Numbered from the stretch's first letter, positions 1-18,956 are shown. The stretch: 64,000 nt of DNA from the human T2T-CHM13v2.0 reference genome, Homo sapiens (GCF_009914755.1 NC_060930.1), one strand, 5' to 3'. The notes: a model not told the origin generated them from the sequence alone. A program made the numbers and translations.

Positions 1-1469
1 ATTTTAAATCCCAAACATTACTATAAGGTTCTTCCATCCAAACCATTTTCTTCACACTTTTCTATCAGTAATGTAATATATTTCTTTGGTTCATTGATGA
101 AAACCCACATAAATATGAGACCTCATTTCACATTATATAGATGAGGTTTTCACATATAGAGATAGTACAATTTCACTCCCTAATGTTCTTAAACCATTTC
201 TTCAAGTTCTCTCCTAAAATGATTGTATATATATATAAAGTATATAAAGGCAAATAGTCAATAATTTATCATTTTAAAGCTAGATGACTATTTCAGAATG
301 TTAGTTCATCTTTCTGATTTTAATCAGTTTATACTGAAAATGTGTGAAACTTTTCCAGAAAGTCAATTTTAGTCTGCAGTTGGTATTACTGTATACATTT
401 CTTTTTACTGAAAATGACATATGCATTTTAAAAATCTGTTAAATGGTGGGGATGTACATTACTGGCAGAATCATTCACATAGTGGGGATGTTTTCTCCTC
501 TCATAGAAAAAACCATGAAGTATCTAAAACATTTTGCCCTGTGCATACATCTACAGATCTCCTGTCTTCTCAACTACAGATTGGGTTGAGCAGAACACAG
601 ATAATACAGAAGTACATTTTTTTTCCAGATTAAACTAGGGTAAGTACAGAAAAGCATATGTCTGTATATAATATAGAACTTTATATTTATTTGAAACACG
701 TATATGCCAAAATCATCCTGCAGATGTTCAAGAAACTTGTTTACTAATTTGGTCATTCACTTGTATTTTAAAAAAGAATATAATCTTAAGTTTTTAGATT
801 GCTTAACATTTAGAATTTCTTTTCATTTCTGACTGCCTTCTGAATGAGGAACTCTTAATTTGAAAGACTGTTGGCAGAACTGACTCAAGTACATCAGCTC
901 ATGCACAATATGTTGTTCCTTCTCTGGAACTGTACATAGTGTTTTTCTTCCCCTTGTGGATGTTTATTTGAAGGATGAATAGGTCACTCTTAGCAGGAGA
1001 GCTAGTCATGTGACTGCCAGATACTGAAGACAGATGAGTCAGTTCCATGCAGACTACAAATTATGCATGCTGGATAAATCTATATTCATATTTGCATTTG
1101 ACCTAAGCCTCAACTTTAAAAATAGATTTAACAGAAATTATACAGAAATTCAAAAATTGTTTTGCTAGGAAGCAAACAAGTTATGCAATACAATTTAAAA
1201 AAAGAATGTTCCCTCTGCAAGAAAGAGATCACATTAGTGATGAAATACTATATGTCAGTCTGAGCTTAAGCCCAAATTCAAGAACATACTGTACACAAAA
1301 CTTCTGAAATCTATTTATCTGATGTGTGACTGATAGCTATTGATGCAGCTTGGAGACCTTAGGGCGATACTGACTCCCCATCATTTGTCATTATAAAGTA
1401 TTCTTTGAATGGAAAGTTGTTTGCCTTTCATGGTCAGGGGAAAATAGTCCTGGTGGCTGGGTGCTAGTT

Positions 1470-1690
1470 AGAGGATAAGAACGTGGGCTAAGAAGGCAAG
1501 GAGCTGGTTTCAAATCCTAGTTTGGCTGCTTAGTTGATTACATATATCTACAAATTATAACTGCATTAGTTTACTCATCTGTAAAACGTGACATGACTAA
1601 TAATGATACGTGCTCCACAGGACCAAGCTAAGGTGTGACTCATCTGACATAATCTTCTAAACAATTTAGCATACGGGTACATACTTACCT
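1470..1690 (+). mobile_element. MIR SINE fragment
   Basis: MIR core-like words: ggtttcaaatcctag, agtttactcatctgtaaaa; heavily diverged. Confidence 0.6.
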
Positions 1691-1707
1691 AGGCCGTAAT
1701 ACCTGTA

Positions 1708-2340
<633 letters not shown>

Positions 2341-2604
2341 TGATTTTCTTTTTAATTAGGTCTTTGTATATGTGCTATTGCACCACAAGACTATAGTGCA
2401 CACAGACTGTGATTTTTGTAAAATTTTCTATGCATTCTAAGATCTCAGAAACATTTGTCTTGCCTCTTTTCCCAACATACAAGAATTTGAAAAATAAGCC
2501 TCCTTTTAACAAAGATCTGCAACTAATTTTTTAAAAAGAACCCTGAGAAGAACAAGGATATAATGCTAAATACTGATCATAGCTAAGTAACAGCAAGTTG
2601 ATGG

Positions 2605-3150
2605 TGTATGAGGACTAAGTTCTGATTTTTTTTTTTTAATCTTGCCCAAATTCCTTTCTAAGGAGTCTGGGGAGTCATGCCTTACAAACCATAAATTCTC
2701 ATCAGATGGGTTTTATTTGACCCTATATATCATGACTTACTTTTCAATCTGACTCTGGCATAACTTTATAAGACAAGCAAAAAATATTTAACCCCCAAAT
2801 ATATTTCCTTGCCTTACCTTGAAATTGACCTGCAAAGTCTCTTGTGGGAAAAATCCACATTGTATAGAAAATCCCCTTTCCCCCTTGTTTTCCTTCCTCT
2901 CTTTCTAGATCCAGAAGATAATCAACTAAGAGCCAGGCACCCTTTTAGGTCTGATAAGAAACAATTTACAACCTGCTCTCTCTCTGAAGTCAGCTATCTG
3001 AGAGATTCCTCTGCACAATAAAACTTGGTCTCCACAATCCTTTATCTTAACCTGAACATTTCCTTTGATCCCAGGTCTTCAGATAAACTCAACCAATTAT
3101 CAATCAGAAAATATTTAAATTGTCCCGTCTTTCTGAATGAAACCAATGTA
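2605..3150 (+). mobile_element. ERV1-class LTR (MER4-group), 3'-truncated
   Basis: Starts tg..aggactaagttctgatttt...cttgcccaaattcc...gagtcatgcc, typical of MER4-group LTRs; stops abruptly at aaccaatgta with no terminal CA. Exact subfamily not assigned. Confidence 0.75.
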
Positions 3151-3221
3151 TTTTTTTTTTTTTTTTTGAGACGGAGTCTCGCTCTGTCGCCCAGGCTGGA
3201 GTGCAGTGGCGCGATCTCGGC
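3151..3221 (-). mobile_element. Very young, severely 5'-truncated Alu (AluY-type 3' end)
   Basis: T17 followed by gagacggagtctcgctctgtcgcccaggctggagtgcagtggcgcgatctcggc with all 6 CpGs intact; no TSD. Confidence 0.92.
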
Positions 3222-4788
3222 CACCTTTTTCTCTCAGATGTGTTTTTGAGGTGTATCCATGTTGATACAGGTCACTCTGGTTAATTCACTTATCTGTTAT
3301 ATAATATTTGTGGATTTAAAATATATTTTTTCTTGAGTCAACATTTAAAACTTTTAAAATTTCTTGTTTTACAAACATTGCTGCTTTGAACATTTTCTAC
3401 ATCTCAATATACAAGAGATCTACAAGCTATCCAGCAAGAATGGCGGGGATATTACCATCCTCAAATGCACTAGAGAGTTTCTAAATTTGTCTTTCCACCT
3501 GATTGTAGCAATTAACATTCTCATGGTATAACACAGCCTTTTTGGTACAATTACATATTGTTAATTTCATGGACACAAAAATTACTTCATGGTTATTGTA
3601 ATTTGGGTTTTTCTGATTATTAGTGAAATTCTATTTCTTATTTTTTGACTATTGAGGCTTTACTTCTATAAATTTTCTCCATATTACTTGTTTATCTTGC
3701 CATTTATACAGTGGACAGTTTTCTTAATGATTTTGAAGTATTCCTGATATAATCTATACCATCTGTTGAGAGTTGCATACATTGCAAATATCCTATCCCA
3801 CCTTGTAACTCATATTTTAATATTTTTCTTTTTTTGCACAAGCATTTTAACTTTTAAAGTAGTCGAGAAGTTTTTAATTAAAAAAAATCTTTCTCTGCTC
3901 AAGGACAAAAAAATTCTCCTTTACCTACACCTTGTGTAAATCAAGAATGCTATTTTATTTTATTTTTTCATATACAACCAATTGTTTAGGCCTTTCATTT
4001 GAGTCCACTATTTCCTCACATTTGTCTTAAGTCATGTTTTTATATATGAAATGCCTGTTTTTTTGGCTTTATCTAATTCCACTGATCTCATTATCTATTA
4101 TGTATCCCTGAACCAACTGTACAATATCCTGGTTGCATAAATTTATGATTTCTTAATATCCATACTGTTGACTTTTATACTCTTCAGAATATTCCTATTA
4201 CAAGTACACAATCTTCCCATATAAATGTTAGAAATAACTGGTCAAATTAATGATTGGCAAAATTTCTAAACTTAAAGATCAACTTGAAAAATATATGACT
4301 TTAATAATATTTAAAATATTAATAATATTCAAAAATATAAATGACTTTAATATATTGCTTATCTTATCCATGAACATTATATGTCTCTTCATTTTATTTA
4401 ATCTCTGAAATCCTTTAAAAAGTTTATTGAATTTTCACCATCAAGGTCATTCATGTATTTTATATAATTCATTTCTGAATACCTTGTGTATATTTTTATT
4501 GTATATTCTAAAGTTTTAGATATATTATCCATCTGTTGCTGAGTTATAGAAAAGGAATTGACATTTATACATTGACCATAAACAACAATGTTGCTGACCT
4601 CATTTATTAAGTACAATAAATTGTCTATATGTGATCCATAGTAAACTATGGAGATATATATCTTATATAAAATTTAAAAATATCGTTTACCTGTGTTTGT
4701 TTTATTTTCTTATTTTACGATTTTACAAAGGTATCTGGTACAAGGTTTAATGAGACTGGGTATCCTCGTCTGATTCTTATTTTTTAAG

Positions 4789-5064
4789 AGCTGGACGTAT
4801 TGGTTCACAACTGTGATCCTAGCACTTCGGGAGGCCAAGATGGGAAGATCACTTGAGCCCAAGAGTTTGAGACTAGCCATGTCAACATAATGAGACCCCA
4901 TCCCCATTTTTTTTTTAATTAGCTGAGTGTGCAGCACATGCCTGTAGTCCCAGCCACTCAGGAAGGAGGCTGAAGTGGGAGGATCATTTCCACCGAGGAG
5001 GTTGAGGCTGCAATAAGCTGTGATCATGCCACTGAACTCGAGCCAGGGTAACAGAGTAAACACC

Positions 5065-5066
<2 letters not shown>
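4789..5066 (+). mobile_element. Alu (AluJ-like)
   Basis: gatcacttgagcccaagagtttgag...gaggctgcaataagc; tail converted to (CA)n. Confidence 0.9.
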
Positions 5067-5099
<33 letters not shown>

Positions 5100-5116
5100 A
5101 CACACACACACACACA
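5067..5116. repeat. (CA)n microsatellite with one interruption
   Basis: acacacac...acaccacacac directly after the Alu. Confidence 0.95.
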
Positions 5117-5232
5117 AAAGAGAGAGAGAAAAGAGAAAAAAAACTTTTTGACATTTTAACTATATTAAAATGTTCAGTGTAGGCTTTGTTTATATCATTT
5201 ACCAAAGTAAGAAAATTTTTATGTATGTTACC

Positions 5233-5539
<307 letters not shown>

Positions 5540-6540
5540 TAATGATTTTTGTTTTTTAAATTATAAAATAGGTTTTGAATTTCATTGTGTAATTATTCTG
5601 AATCTTTTGAGATAACTGTATGCTTTATTTTCTTTCATTTATCAATGTGATAAACTTATTGATACATATTTCTAAAGGTAAGCAATCTTTGCTTTCTATG
5701 TTTGCTTATATTTTGCTGGATTTGGCTTACTTATATTTTGTTTAGAATTTTTGCTCTGCATTCTATTTTAATGAGTAAGATGATTCTATAATCTTTTTCC
5801 TACTGTCTTGTCAGAAATACAATAAATCAGCACTATCTTTTTGTTAAATATTTTTGTGTGAAATTCATGTACTAAACTATCTGGAGGAAAATGTTTTTTT
5901 CTGTCTCTTTCTCTTTTTTAAGTTTAGATTTGTCTACTGATTGAATTTCTTCAATATATTTTTACTATATAGATGTTTGTTAATTCTTCTTAAGTTAGGT
6001 TTGCTTAGTTATGTTTTTCTAGGAAATAGCCCATTTTATCATCTTTCTGAATAATTGTCCCAAAGTATTTAATAGTGTTCACTTTCTAATTTTTTACTAT
6101 ATTTAGAGGTTTTTCTTAATTTTTATTTTTAATAGTTTCTGTCGTTTATACACTCTTATTTTCTTGATCTGTCTCAACAGAGTTTTATCAACTTTATGTG
6201 CCTTACCAATGATTCGAAGGCTGGATTTTTTTACCTTTGCTGTATCTTTCTTTGTCTTTATTCAATTTCTGCTCTCTTCAATACCTGTTGTAATAGTTTT
6301 GTGGCTTATTCTATAACCTTTCTTTTCAAACTTTTAAAATGAGCTATTTACTTCATTTTTCTTTCTTCTTAAATTTTAATATTCAATTCCATAAATATTA
6401 TTTACCATTTATTTCCACTGGATACTACTTGTTTACTCTGTATCATTTTCATTAATATTTATTTCTAAATATTTTCTTATTTCCATGATAAGTGCTCATT
6501 TGTTCCATGACTTAAGAGCATATCTTTACATTTTCCTTAA

Positions 6541-6888
<348 letters not shown>

Positions 6889-7617
6889 AACAAAGCTTTC
6901 TTTATGACAACTATTCTTTGAAGTCTGAAACTTGTCTTACGTGCAACCATGTGGTGTATTTTCTTTAAAATTCCATGTGTGCTGAGAAGAGTATGGCTTT
7001 CTAAATTAGATCTGGGATCCCATGTATGCTCTAGTCAAGCTCATTACTAATGTTATTTAAGGGATCTGTATCCACAAAAGTAACGATCAACCTGCCATTG
7101 GGAAATTCCCACAATACTGGTGAATTTGAAGCTTCAAATAATTTTTGCTTTATATATATAAAAGTCTCTGTTATTTTTGTGGTGACCAATTTAGAATTGC
7201 TGTTCTTTCCCAAATAATTATATTTTTATGTATGCAATGACTTTAGTAATAGTTTTACCTTGTAATCTACTTTATCTGATCTTTTAAAATTTAATGTTAT
7301 TTTCATTTATTGATTAAAATCCATTTCTTTAGCTTAAAATTTTATATCCATGTTTTTCAAGCAAAAAGCATATGGATAGATTTTTGTAATTCTATCTAAA
7401 ACTTTACTGAATTAAGTTCATTTGCATTTCCTGTAACTACTAATATATTTGAATTTATGTTAATATATTGTTTTGTTCTTGCTATTTATTCTGCATTTTC
7501 CATTCTCTTTCCTTACTTCATTCTATTTCTTCCTTTTGGTATTAATCATTCTTCTCAGTCTAGTGTTTTGGACATCACACATTACATTTTAATTATTCTG
7601 ATTGTTAACAACAAATC

Positions 7618-7935
<318 letters not shown>

Positions 7936-8579
7936 CAACATCAAATCTTTAGTATTTTAGCATTTTACAGTTTCCATATTTCTATGTCTTTTCTCTTGAA
8001 CAATACCAAACCATTAGAAATCTTCAACTTACTCTTATGCAACCTGCATACTATTACAAGCCAGTGTTTTAGTCCTACCCTATTTTCACCTACAAAATTG
8101 AGAGTTTTGATTCTTATTTTATTTAGTCAAATTTTGTTTAGTTTTACCAATGTGTTTACTTACTCCTTTTTCAGTTAATTGACTCTGTTACATCTCAGTC
8201 TTTCTACCTTCCTTCTGGATTTAATTTCCTCCATCCAAAGTACATACTTTGGAAGTCCCTACATAAGGGTTTTTTAGTAATAAATCTCTGGTTTTGTTTT
8301 TCTGACCAGAAAAGGTCTTTGTTTTGTCTACCTTCTTAAATTATTTTCTACATTATTATAAGAATTCTATGTTGACAGATATTTCTGTGTAATCACTTTC
8401 AGGATATAATTTTACATTTCTGGATATTATTGTTGTTTTAGAAGCATGCTATCAGTCTAAAAAATTTAAGGGAAGAGTACTTTTCTGGCTGTATTTAAAT
8501 GTTGTTTTTGTCTTTGTGAGTTTTGAAGTTTTACAATGATTTATCTAAATGTGGAAGTTTTAAAATTTTATTTACTGCT

Positions 8580-8893
<314 letters not shown>

Positions 8894-10799
8894 TTACTGT
8901 TTTAGAAATTCCTAGGAACATATATTGTATAAATTCAAATCCCAGATTTACATGAAGATATGCTTTTTTGGCTAAAAAGATGAGATATGATCATTTTTAA
9001 CCCACTCTGATTTCAGACCATAGGTAATAATACTTTGTTGTCTTACTCTTACTTTGGACTTTTTTTTTGTATTCCACCATTGAATTAAGGGAATTGCACT
9101 TTGAATACTGCTATTTTATACAAGAGTCTAAGTTACAGCTCTTTGACTTGCCTGGTTGGTCTTTTTCTATAAGCCTCTTAATACTCAAATGGTCTCTGTT
9201 TCCAAGATTAGCAATAGTGTCTGATTACCCATTATATTTTCTGCTCCCTCTTCGTTTTTCACCCCTAGGATTACCTTGTGTGTTAAAAGGTTATTTATTA
9301 TATTCTACCCATGATTTCTAGGTGTTGTTTTTTGACATTTTTTCAGGGTATTTATTTTGGTACATTGCAGATAATTAAAGTCCACTGCATTTAATTTTAA
9401 GATAACTTGCAAGTGTCTTGCTTATGTCATCATGGGTAATGAATTTAGTTTTTATAATGCTTTTATATTGTTTCTTTCCCTAACACTTCTAGCTAACTTC
9501 ACCTAAAAAAAAAAAAGTTATGTGAGGATGCTTGTAAAGAGTTTCAAAGGAAGTAAAATGGTAAGGAATGCTTACACAGAAAACACACTTTGAATGTTTA
9601 GCCTATGTCACTGACACAATGGGACTTATTAAATACTACTTAATAACTACAGACTAAACCAATTTGTCACTCAGTCAATTAACTTGAATTTCATACTGTG
9701 AGATGGATTTATGTGAAGATTTATGTGATGATGGAGCTATCACCTGGGAATAAAAAAAAGTTCTTACCCTGAACATAAATTCTTATTCTGATTGACTGAA
9801 TTTACTTTAAGATGCCAGAATTTCTAGTATAATTTATGGCCTAAGTAGTACTTTGGTTTTAAAAAAAATAGTAATGTATTTTTAAAAAACATAAAGACAG
9901 TTTAATATATAATGAAGTTCTTCAATTTTCCCATATATACTGAGTAGCCTTATTTAATTATGTATCATAATCCCACTTGGTTATGGCAACTTTTGAATGA
10001 AAAGCAGATAATTAGAAAACATATTTTTGTCATTGAAAACATATATTTGTCATTTTTATGGCTCATTTTATAGAGAAGAAAGAAGACACTAAAGTTAGCT
10101 GACCTTAATCATAAGATGAAACTAGGCAAAACACTAACATGAAGAATATGTTTTAAATCATATTTAACCTTAAGATGTGGTCAAAATTATGTATTTTCTG
10201 TATAAAATACTTATTTTGTATATATAAAATCTTTGATGATATAATAATTATATGACATAATATATCTTATCACAGAAGATATGTTATATGATAATAAAAT
10301 AATTATCATATTATAATATAATAGAATATAGAATTCTGGAGAGATAGTGATAGTTTTTAGTTTCTACAGATTCTCCCACAAAACACTAAGCAACTACAAT
10401 AATAAAACCAAAATGTTCACAGACAACAACAATAGATATATATGAAGAAATAGGCAGGGAAAAAAAAGAAAACCATCACCAAGACCTTTGTGGTATCATT
10501 TTCTTTGCAAGAAAACATAAGGGGAAGTTAAAGTGGTTTCTTGTGCCTTGAAAGCTAAAACCCATAAATCACTCTAAGACAGTCAACAGATGATTTAGAA
10601 ACACAATTTAAGAATCAGCTGAAATGAGATTTGCTAGATTTACATTGCATTTGTGTGCAAGAAGGAAATGTGAGTGAATGGAAGTAAACCTCATGTTACT
10701 GAGATGTCTGGGCCCTATGAATTGATATTAACCAAAATGAAATTTCCTTTCAGGAATAAACCTACACTGTGGTCAATCCCTTAGGGTAGAAGCTAAACT

Positions 10800-11119
10800 G
10801 ACAAAACTGGAGACAACCCAAAAATCCACTAGTAGGCACTGGCTGAATAAAGTGTGGCTCATTTACATAATGGAAGAATACACAGCTCTACCATGAAATA
10901 AGGAAAAACTACGTAAACTACTATCAAATCTTCAGGATACAAAATAATCTGAAAAAACAAGCAAAGAAAATGTATACTGTTTGGTGTTATTTATCTACAT
11001 AAATGGTGAGTGGTTACAAATTCATTTTTATATTCTTATTTTTTTAAATAAAAGTCTAAGTCATAAACTGATATTGCTACCTATGTAGAGGAGAGAGAGT
11101 AGATGATGAAGATCAGGAA
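10800..11119 (+). mobile_element. Ancient L1M 3' fragment
   Basis: gacaacccaaaaatccactagtagg...gctgaataaagtgtggctcatttacataatggaa. Confidence 0.55.
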
Positions 11120-11245
11120 TAACAGCTAGACTTTTTTTAGGTTTTATTTTATTTTCAGGGGTACGTGCGGAGATTGGGTCTAGAGATAAATTGCATAGCA
11201 CAGAAGTTTGGTTTACATACTATTTTGTCACACAGGTAACAAGCA

Positions 11246-14966
<3,721 letters not shown>

Positions 14967-15626
14967 TATATATATACCCATTATTGGGATTGCTGGGTTG
15001 AACTGTTGTTCAAGTTTTTTGAGAAATTGCCAAACTGCTTTCCACAGTGATTGAATGAATTTATATTCCCATCAGCAGTGTATAAGTGTTCCCTTTACTC
15101 TGGAGCCTCATCAGCATGTTATTTGTTGACTTTCTAGTAATAGTCATTCTGACTAGTATGAAGTGGTATCTCATTGTGGTTTTGACTTCATTTTTCTAAT
15201 GATTACTGGTGTTGAGCATTTTTTCATATGCTTGTTGGCTGCATATATGTCTTCTTTTGAAAAGTGTCTGTTCATGTCTTTTGCCCTCTTTTTAATGGGG
15301 TTGTTTTTAACAGCTAGACTTTCTTCATTTGATCTTATTTTTTAGATTTCATACTACAGACAGGTACATATTTTACACAAGTACAAAACAAATTTAAATC
15401 AGCATGAGAATATATGAAAGCAAGTGAAAAATTTGCATCAAGTTTATGGCTTAAAGAGACAGAAAGACATTATTCCAAGTGACCAAAAAACATAATAAAT
15501 TGTAATACCTAGTAGGGATACATAAGGTAAGAGCAAAAATAACTGCAAAAATATTCTACAGCTATGTTCAGAAAACAAATTTTTGGTAATACTGTTTGTA
15601 TTGTTATTCAGAAACTATTATGTCTA

Positions 15627-15800
15627 CAACCAGCCTTCCATGTTCATAGGTTTGGCTTTCACAAATGCAACCAACTGTGGATCAAAACCTGCAGATGAGG
15701 AGGGCCAATTGTACCACTTGGTTTTATATGAGAGACTTGAGCATCTTGGGATTTTGGTATCCTCAGGGGTCCCAGAACCAATCCCCCATGGATGCAGGTA
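15627..15800 (-). mobile_element. MER2-family (Tigger-derived) DNA transposon fragment
   Basis: gacttgagcatc...attttggtatcc...gaaccaatcccccatggat. Confidence 0.75.
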
Positions 15801-16540
15801 AATTACTGTATATAACAGATAAACCAAGTCGTTATGTAAAGCCATCAAGAACCTAGATTTTTTAACAAAAGATGAAAGAGAAATTAATATAAAATGGCTG
15901 AAGTTAGGTAGAAAATGAAAATAGCACATTTGATTCATAAATATAAGTATGAATCTATGATGTACATTCTCTTAAAGAAACATTTTCTCACTAGAAAGAA
16001 AGCCAATTACAGAGAACAAAAAAATGGAACAAATTAGTAGCCATGAAGAGCATAGAACAAGCTCTGTGTCTCTGTGTCTCTATGCACCACAAGGACTCAT
16101 GCTCTTTGGAGATATGGCTAAATTCAGTTCTGGGGCAGGAAGTGGGAAAAATGTCACATCATAAGTTGAGGAAGCCACCAAGAACTATTTTAATCTCACC
16201 AAAGAGACTCAATCAACCTGAAAGGGCTCACATTTATAAAATATAGTATAGTTTGGACTTTGATAAAATTGTAGCATATTTAATGTATTTTAAATTGGAT
16301 TGAAGGTTACAATTTGTAAATTCAAAAATGATACTAAGGAATAAAAACAAACAAAAACTTCTTTAGACATATTTAGAAGACACTACAGAACAAATTTATT
16401 GTCCTGAGAACTGGTAAATGCAGGGAAATAACTAAACATTTCCCTGACTTCTCTGTATGAACTGCACCTCAGGATACCAAATAATTGAGACAAGAAGATT
16501 TCTTTATATAGAAGCAATTCAACTAATAAAAAGAGAAATG

Positions 16541-16838
16541 GGCCGGGCGCGGTGGCTCACGCCTGTAATCCTAGCACTTTGGGAGGCCAAGTCGGGCGGG
16601 TTGCCTGAGCTCAGGAGTTCGTGACCAGCCTGGGCAGCACGGTGAAACCCCGTCTCTACGAAAATACAAAAAAAGTATTAGCTGGGCGTGGCAGCCTGTG
16701 CCTGTAGTCCCAGCTACTTGGGAGGCTGAGGCAGGAGAATTGCTTCAACCCGGGAGGCGGAGGTAACAGTCAGCCGAGATCGCGCACTCCAGCCAGGGCG
16801 ACAGAGCAAGACTCCGTTGCAAAAAAAAAAAAAAAAGA
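16541..16838 (+). mobile_element. Alu (AluS)
   Basis: ggccgggcgcggtggctcacgcc...poly(A); TSD agagaaatg. Confidence 0.95.
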
Positions 16839-16857
16839 AGAGAGAAATGATAAAATT

Positions 16858-16937
16858 AAAATATCACCATTTTATAGACATGTACTGAAAAAAAAACACT
16901 AAAATATCACCATGTTATAAACATGTACTGAAAAAAA
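16858..16937. repeat. Two-copy 43-bp-period direct repeat
   Basis: aaaatatcaccattttatagacatgtactgaaaa (16858) and aaaatatcaccatgttataaacatgtactgaaaa (16901). Confidence 0.9.
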
Positions 16938-16992
16938 TGGATATCAGCAAGTATTCTCAATGACCAGTGTAACCTCCAAAAAATAGAAACAA

Positions 16993-17073
16993 TTAGGCTG
17001 GTGCAACAGTAATTGCAGGTTTTATCATTACTTTCAATGGCAAAACACGCAATTAACTGTTGCACCAATCTAA
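16993..17073. mobile_element. MADE1 (Hsmar1 mariner MITE), full length
   Basis: About 80-bp imperfect palindrome ttaggctggtgcaacagtaattgc...gcaattaactgttgcaccaatctaa. Confidence 0.9.
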
Positions 17074-17431
17074 CAGATATCATATGGGTCTTGCTGGGTT
17101 TATACACCACCACATATAAAAAACCCTTTCTAAGACCTCTACCCTGAATCGGATCATAACCTCTAGATCTATCTACCAGTGTTAAGGAAATAGAGGGACA
17201 CAGAAGCATTTTTTTTTTTTTTTGCTTTTGTTTTCCCTCAGGTTCTGGGAGGACCCAATGGCAAAAAAAAAACAGAAAGTGAGACATTACAAAACCACTA
17301 TAGAACCTTTGGCACAATTTCTTCAAAGCAGTATTTTGAAAGAAAAAAAATAGGAAGTTACAGAGTAAAAGAAATTTAAAGACATATTTACTAAACACAA
17401 TGTTTGGATCTGAATGTAAACAACTTATATT

Positions 17432-17609
17432 AAAAATTAATCGGGCATGGTGGTGGGTGCCTGTAATCCCAGCTACTCGGGAAGCTGAGGCAGAGAATTG
17501 CTTGAACCCAGGAAGCAGAGGTTGCAGTGAGCCAAGATCATGCCACTGAACTCCATCCCGGGCGACAGAGCGAGACTCTGTCTCCAAAAAAAAAAAAAAA
17601 AAAAAAAAA
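17432..17609 (+). mobile_element. Alu right monomer (5'-truncated at the A-rich linker)
   Basis: aaaaattaatcgggcatggtgg...gactctgtctcc + A24; TSD-like aaaaatt(t)aatc. Confidence 0.9.
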
Positions 17610-18956
17610 TTTAATCAGGAAAAATTGAATATTGTCTGTTGGATAACTTTAAGGTGATTATTATTGTTGAGCTTTTAGGGATGAAAAATTTATTGTGACT
17701 ACCTTTTTCTAAAGGTGTACCTATCTTTTAGAGAAACTTATTGAAATATTTTTGAGTTCAATTATGTTATGTTTGGCATTTGCCTCAAAATAATAGAGAA
17801 TAATGGTGAAAGTGAATAGGGGTATAGATGTATAAAACAAAAGTGGTGATGATTATTACAGCTGGGTAATTACTTCACAGGGTTTCATTTTACCGTTGTC
17901 TTCTTTGCATATGTTTGAAAGTTTCCACACACAAAAGCTTCATCTCCTTCAATATGGGCCTTAAGTCACACTTGTCTCCCTACATTTTTCTGGCCTTGGC
18001 ATTTCTTTCCACTTCATTACTTCTCTAAGCATAAGAATAGTCCAAGAAAAGCCATGTAGCTGATAGGTAATTGAGCTGATCATGTTTTTTGAACCAGAAT
18101 CAAAACTTAGTCTTTATTGTCTTATCCGTGGCTCCAGTTAGAATAAAAGCTTCACAAGGACAAAAGCCACATATTTATTACTATAACATCAAGGCTTATG
18201 CTAGTATATGGAACTTTTAGCTGTTCAATCAGTGTTTTCATTAAACAGAGAAAATGTGCACATCTATGCACAATTATTTTCAAAAGGACATCTTGATTAG
18301 TTTATTATACCCTTTTTGCTATTACTATATTACAGGATCGTAATTTGTCCAGTTACTCAAACTCTTGCATATTTTAAAACATTAGGATCATGTCTCAATA
18401 GAACTCATACTGTATTGGGGTTTTAAAAATAATATCATATTTGTTTTAGGTGAAAGTATGTAACAATCTTGGCAACATATATTGGTCAGTACTCAGTCCT
18501 CACTAGACAAACTGAATAGCTCTCAAATAATGTTGTATTTCCTTCTGATCAAGAAACTAATAAAATCCTTAGATAATTGACTAGGATGATAATGGGCAAG
18601 AAACTCAACAGCTTATATATAAACATTTGGCTGAGAAACTTAGGGAGCCCTCACAATGAAAAAATAACATATTTTAACCTACAAAATATATAATTTGATT
18701 TTAATTGTAACTAACAAGACTGAATAGAATGTAGAGTATTATGTTCAAAGTAAACATATGTTAAACAACCAGAGGAGGCAAGTTGTATTCAATAACGAAA
18801 AAGGAATTAAGTCCATGTGTCTACACCACTGAGCAGATGGGACAGAGCCCTAAAGAGTAAAAATGAGTAAAGGTGCCTATTTGAAAGGAATAGCACCAGA
18901 ATAGACATTATGATATCCTCTCTAAATGGCAATACTCAAGATCACCAAAAAACTAT

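Larger units (their letters stand above)
16300..17930 (+). mobile_element. Ancient L1MC-type 3'UTR remnant, host of two Alus and a MADE1
   Basis: cctctagatctatctaccagt, aaagacatatttactaaacacaatg, acctatcttttagagaaac, aaagtttcca; boundaries approximate. Confidence 0.6.

Noticed and set aside
113-157. Short inverted repeat acctcat...atgaggt
   Set aside because: Only a 7-bp perfect stem in AT-rich DNA; expected by chance
4900-4925. T-run replacing the A-rich linker of a sense Alu (a mirror case occurs at about 50008)
   Set aside because: Ordinary homopolymer drift in old AluJ linkers; no evidence of a real inversion
16907-17587. 226-aa minus-strand ORF
   Set aside because: Patchwork of antisense Alu, L1MC and MADE1 with no recognisable domain
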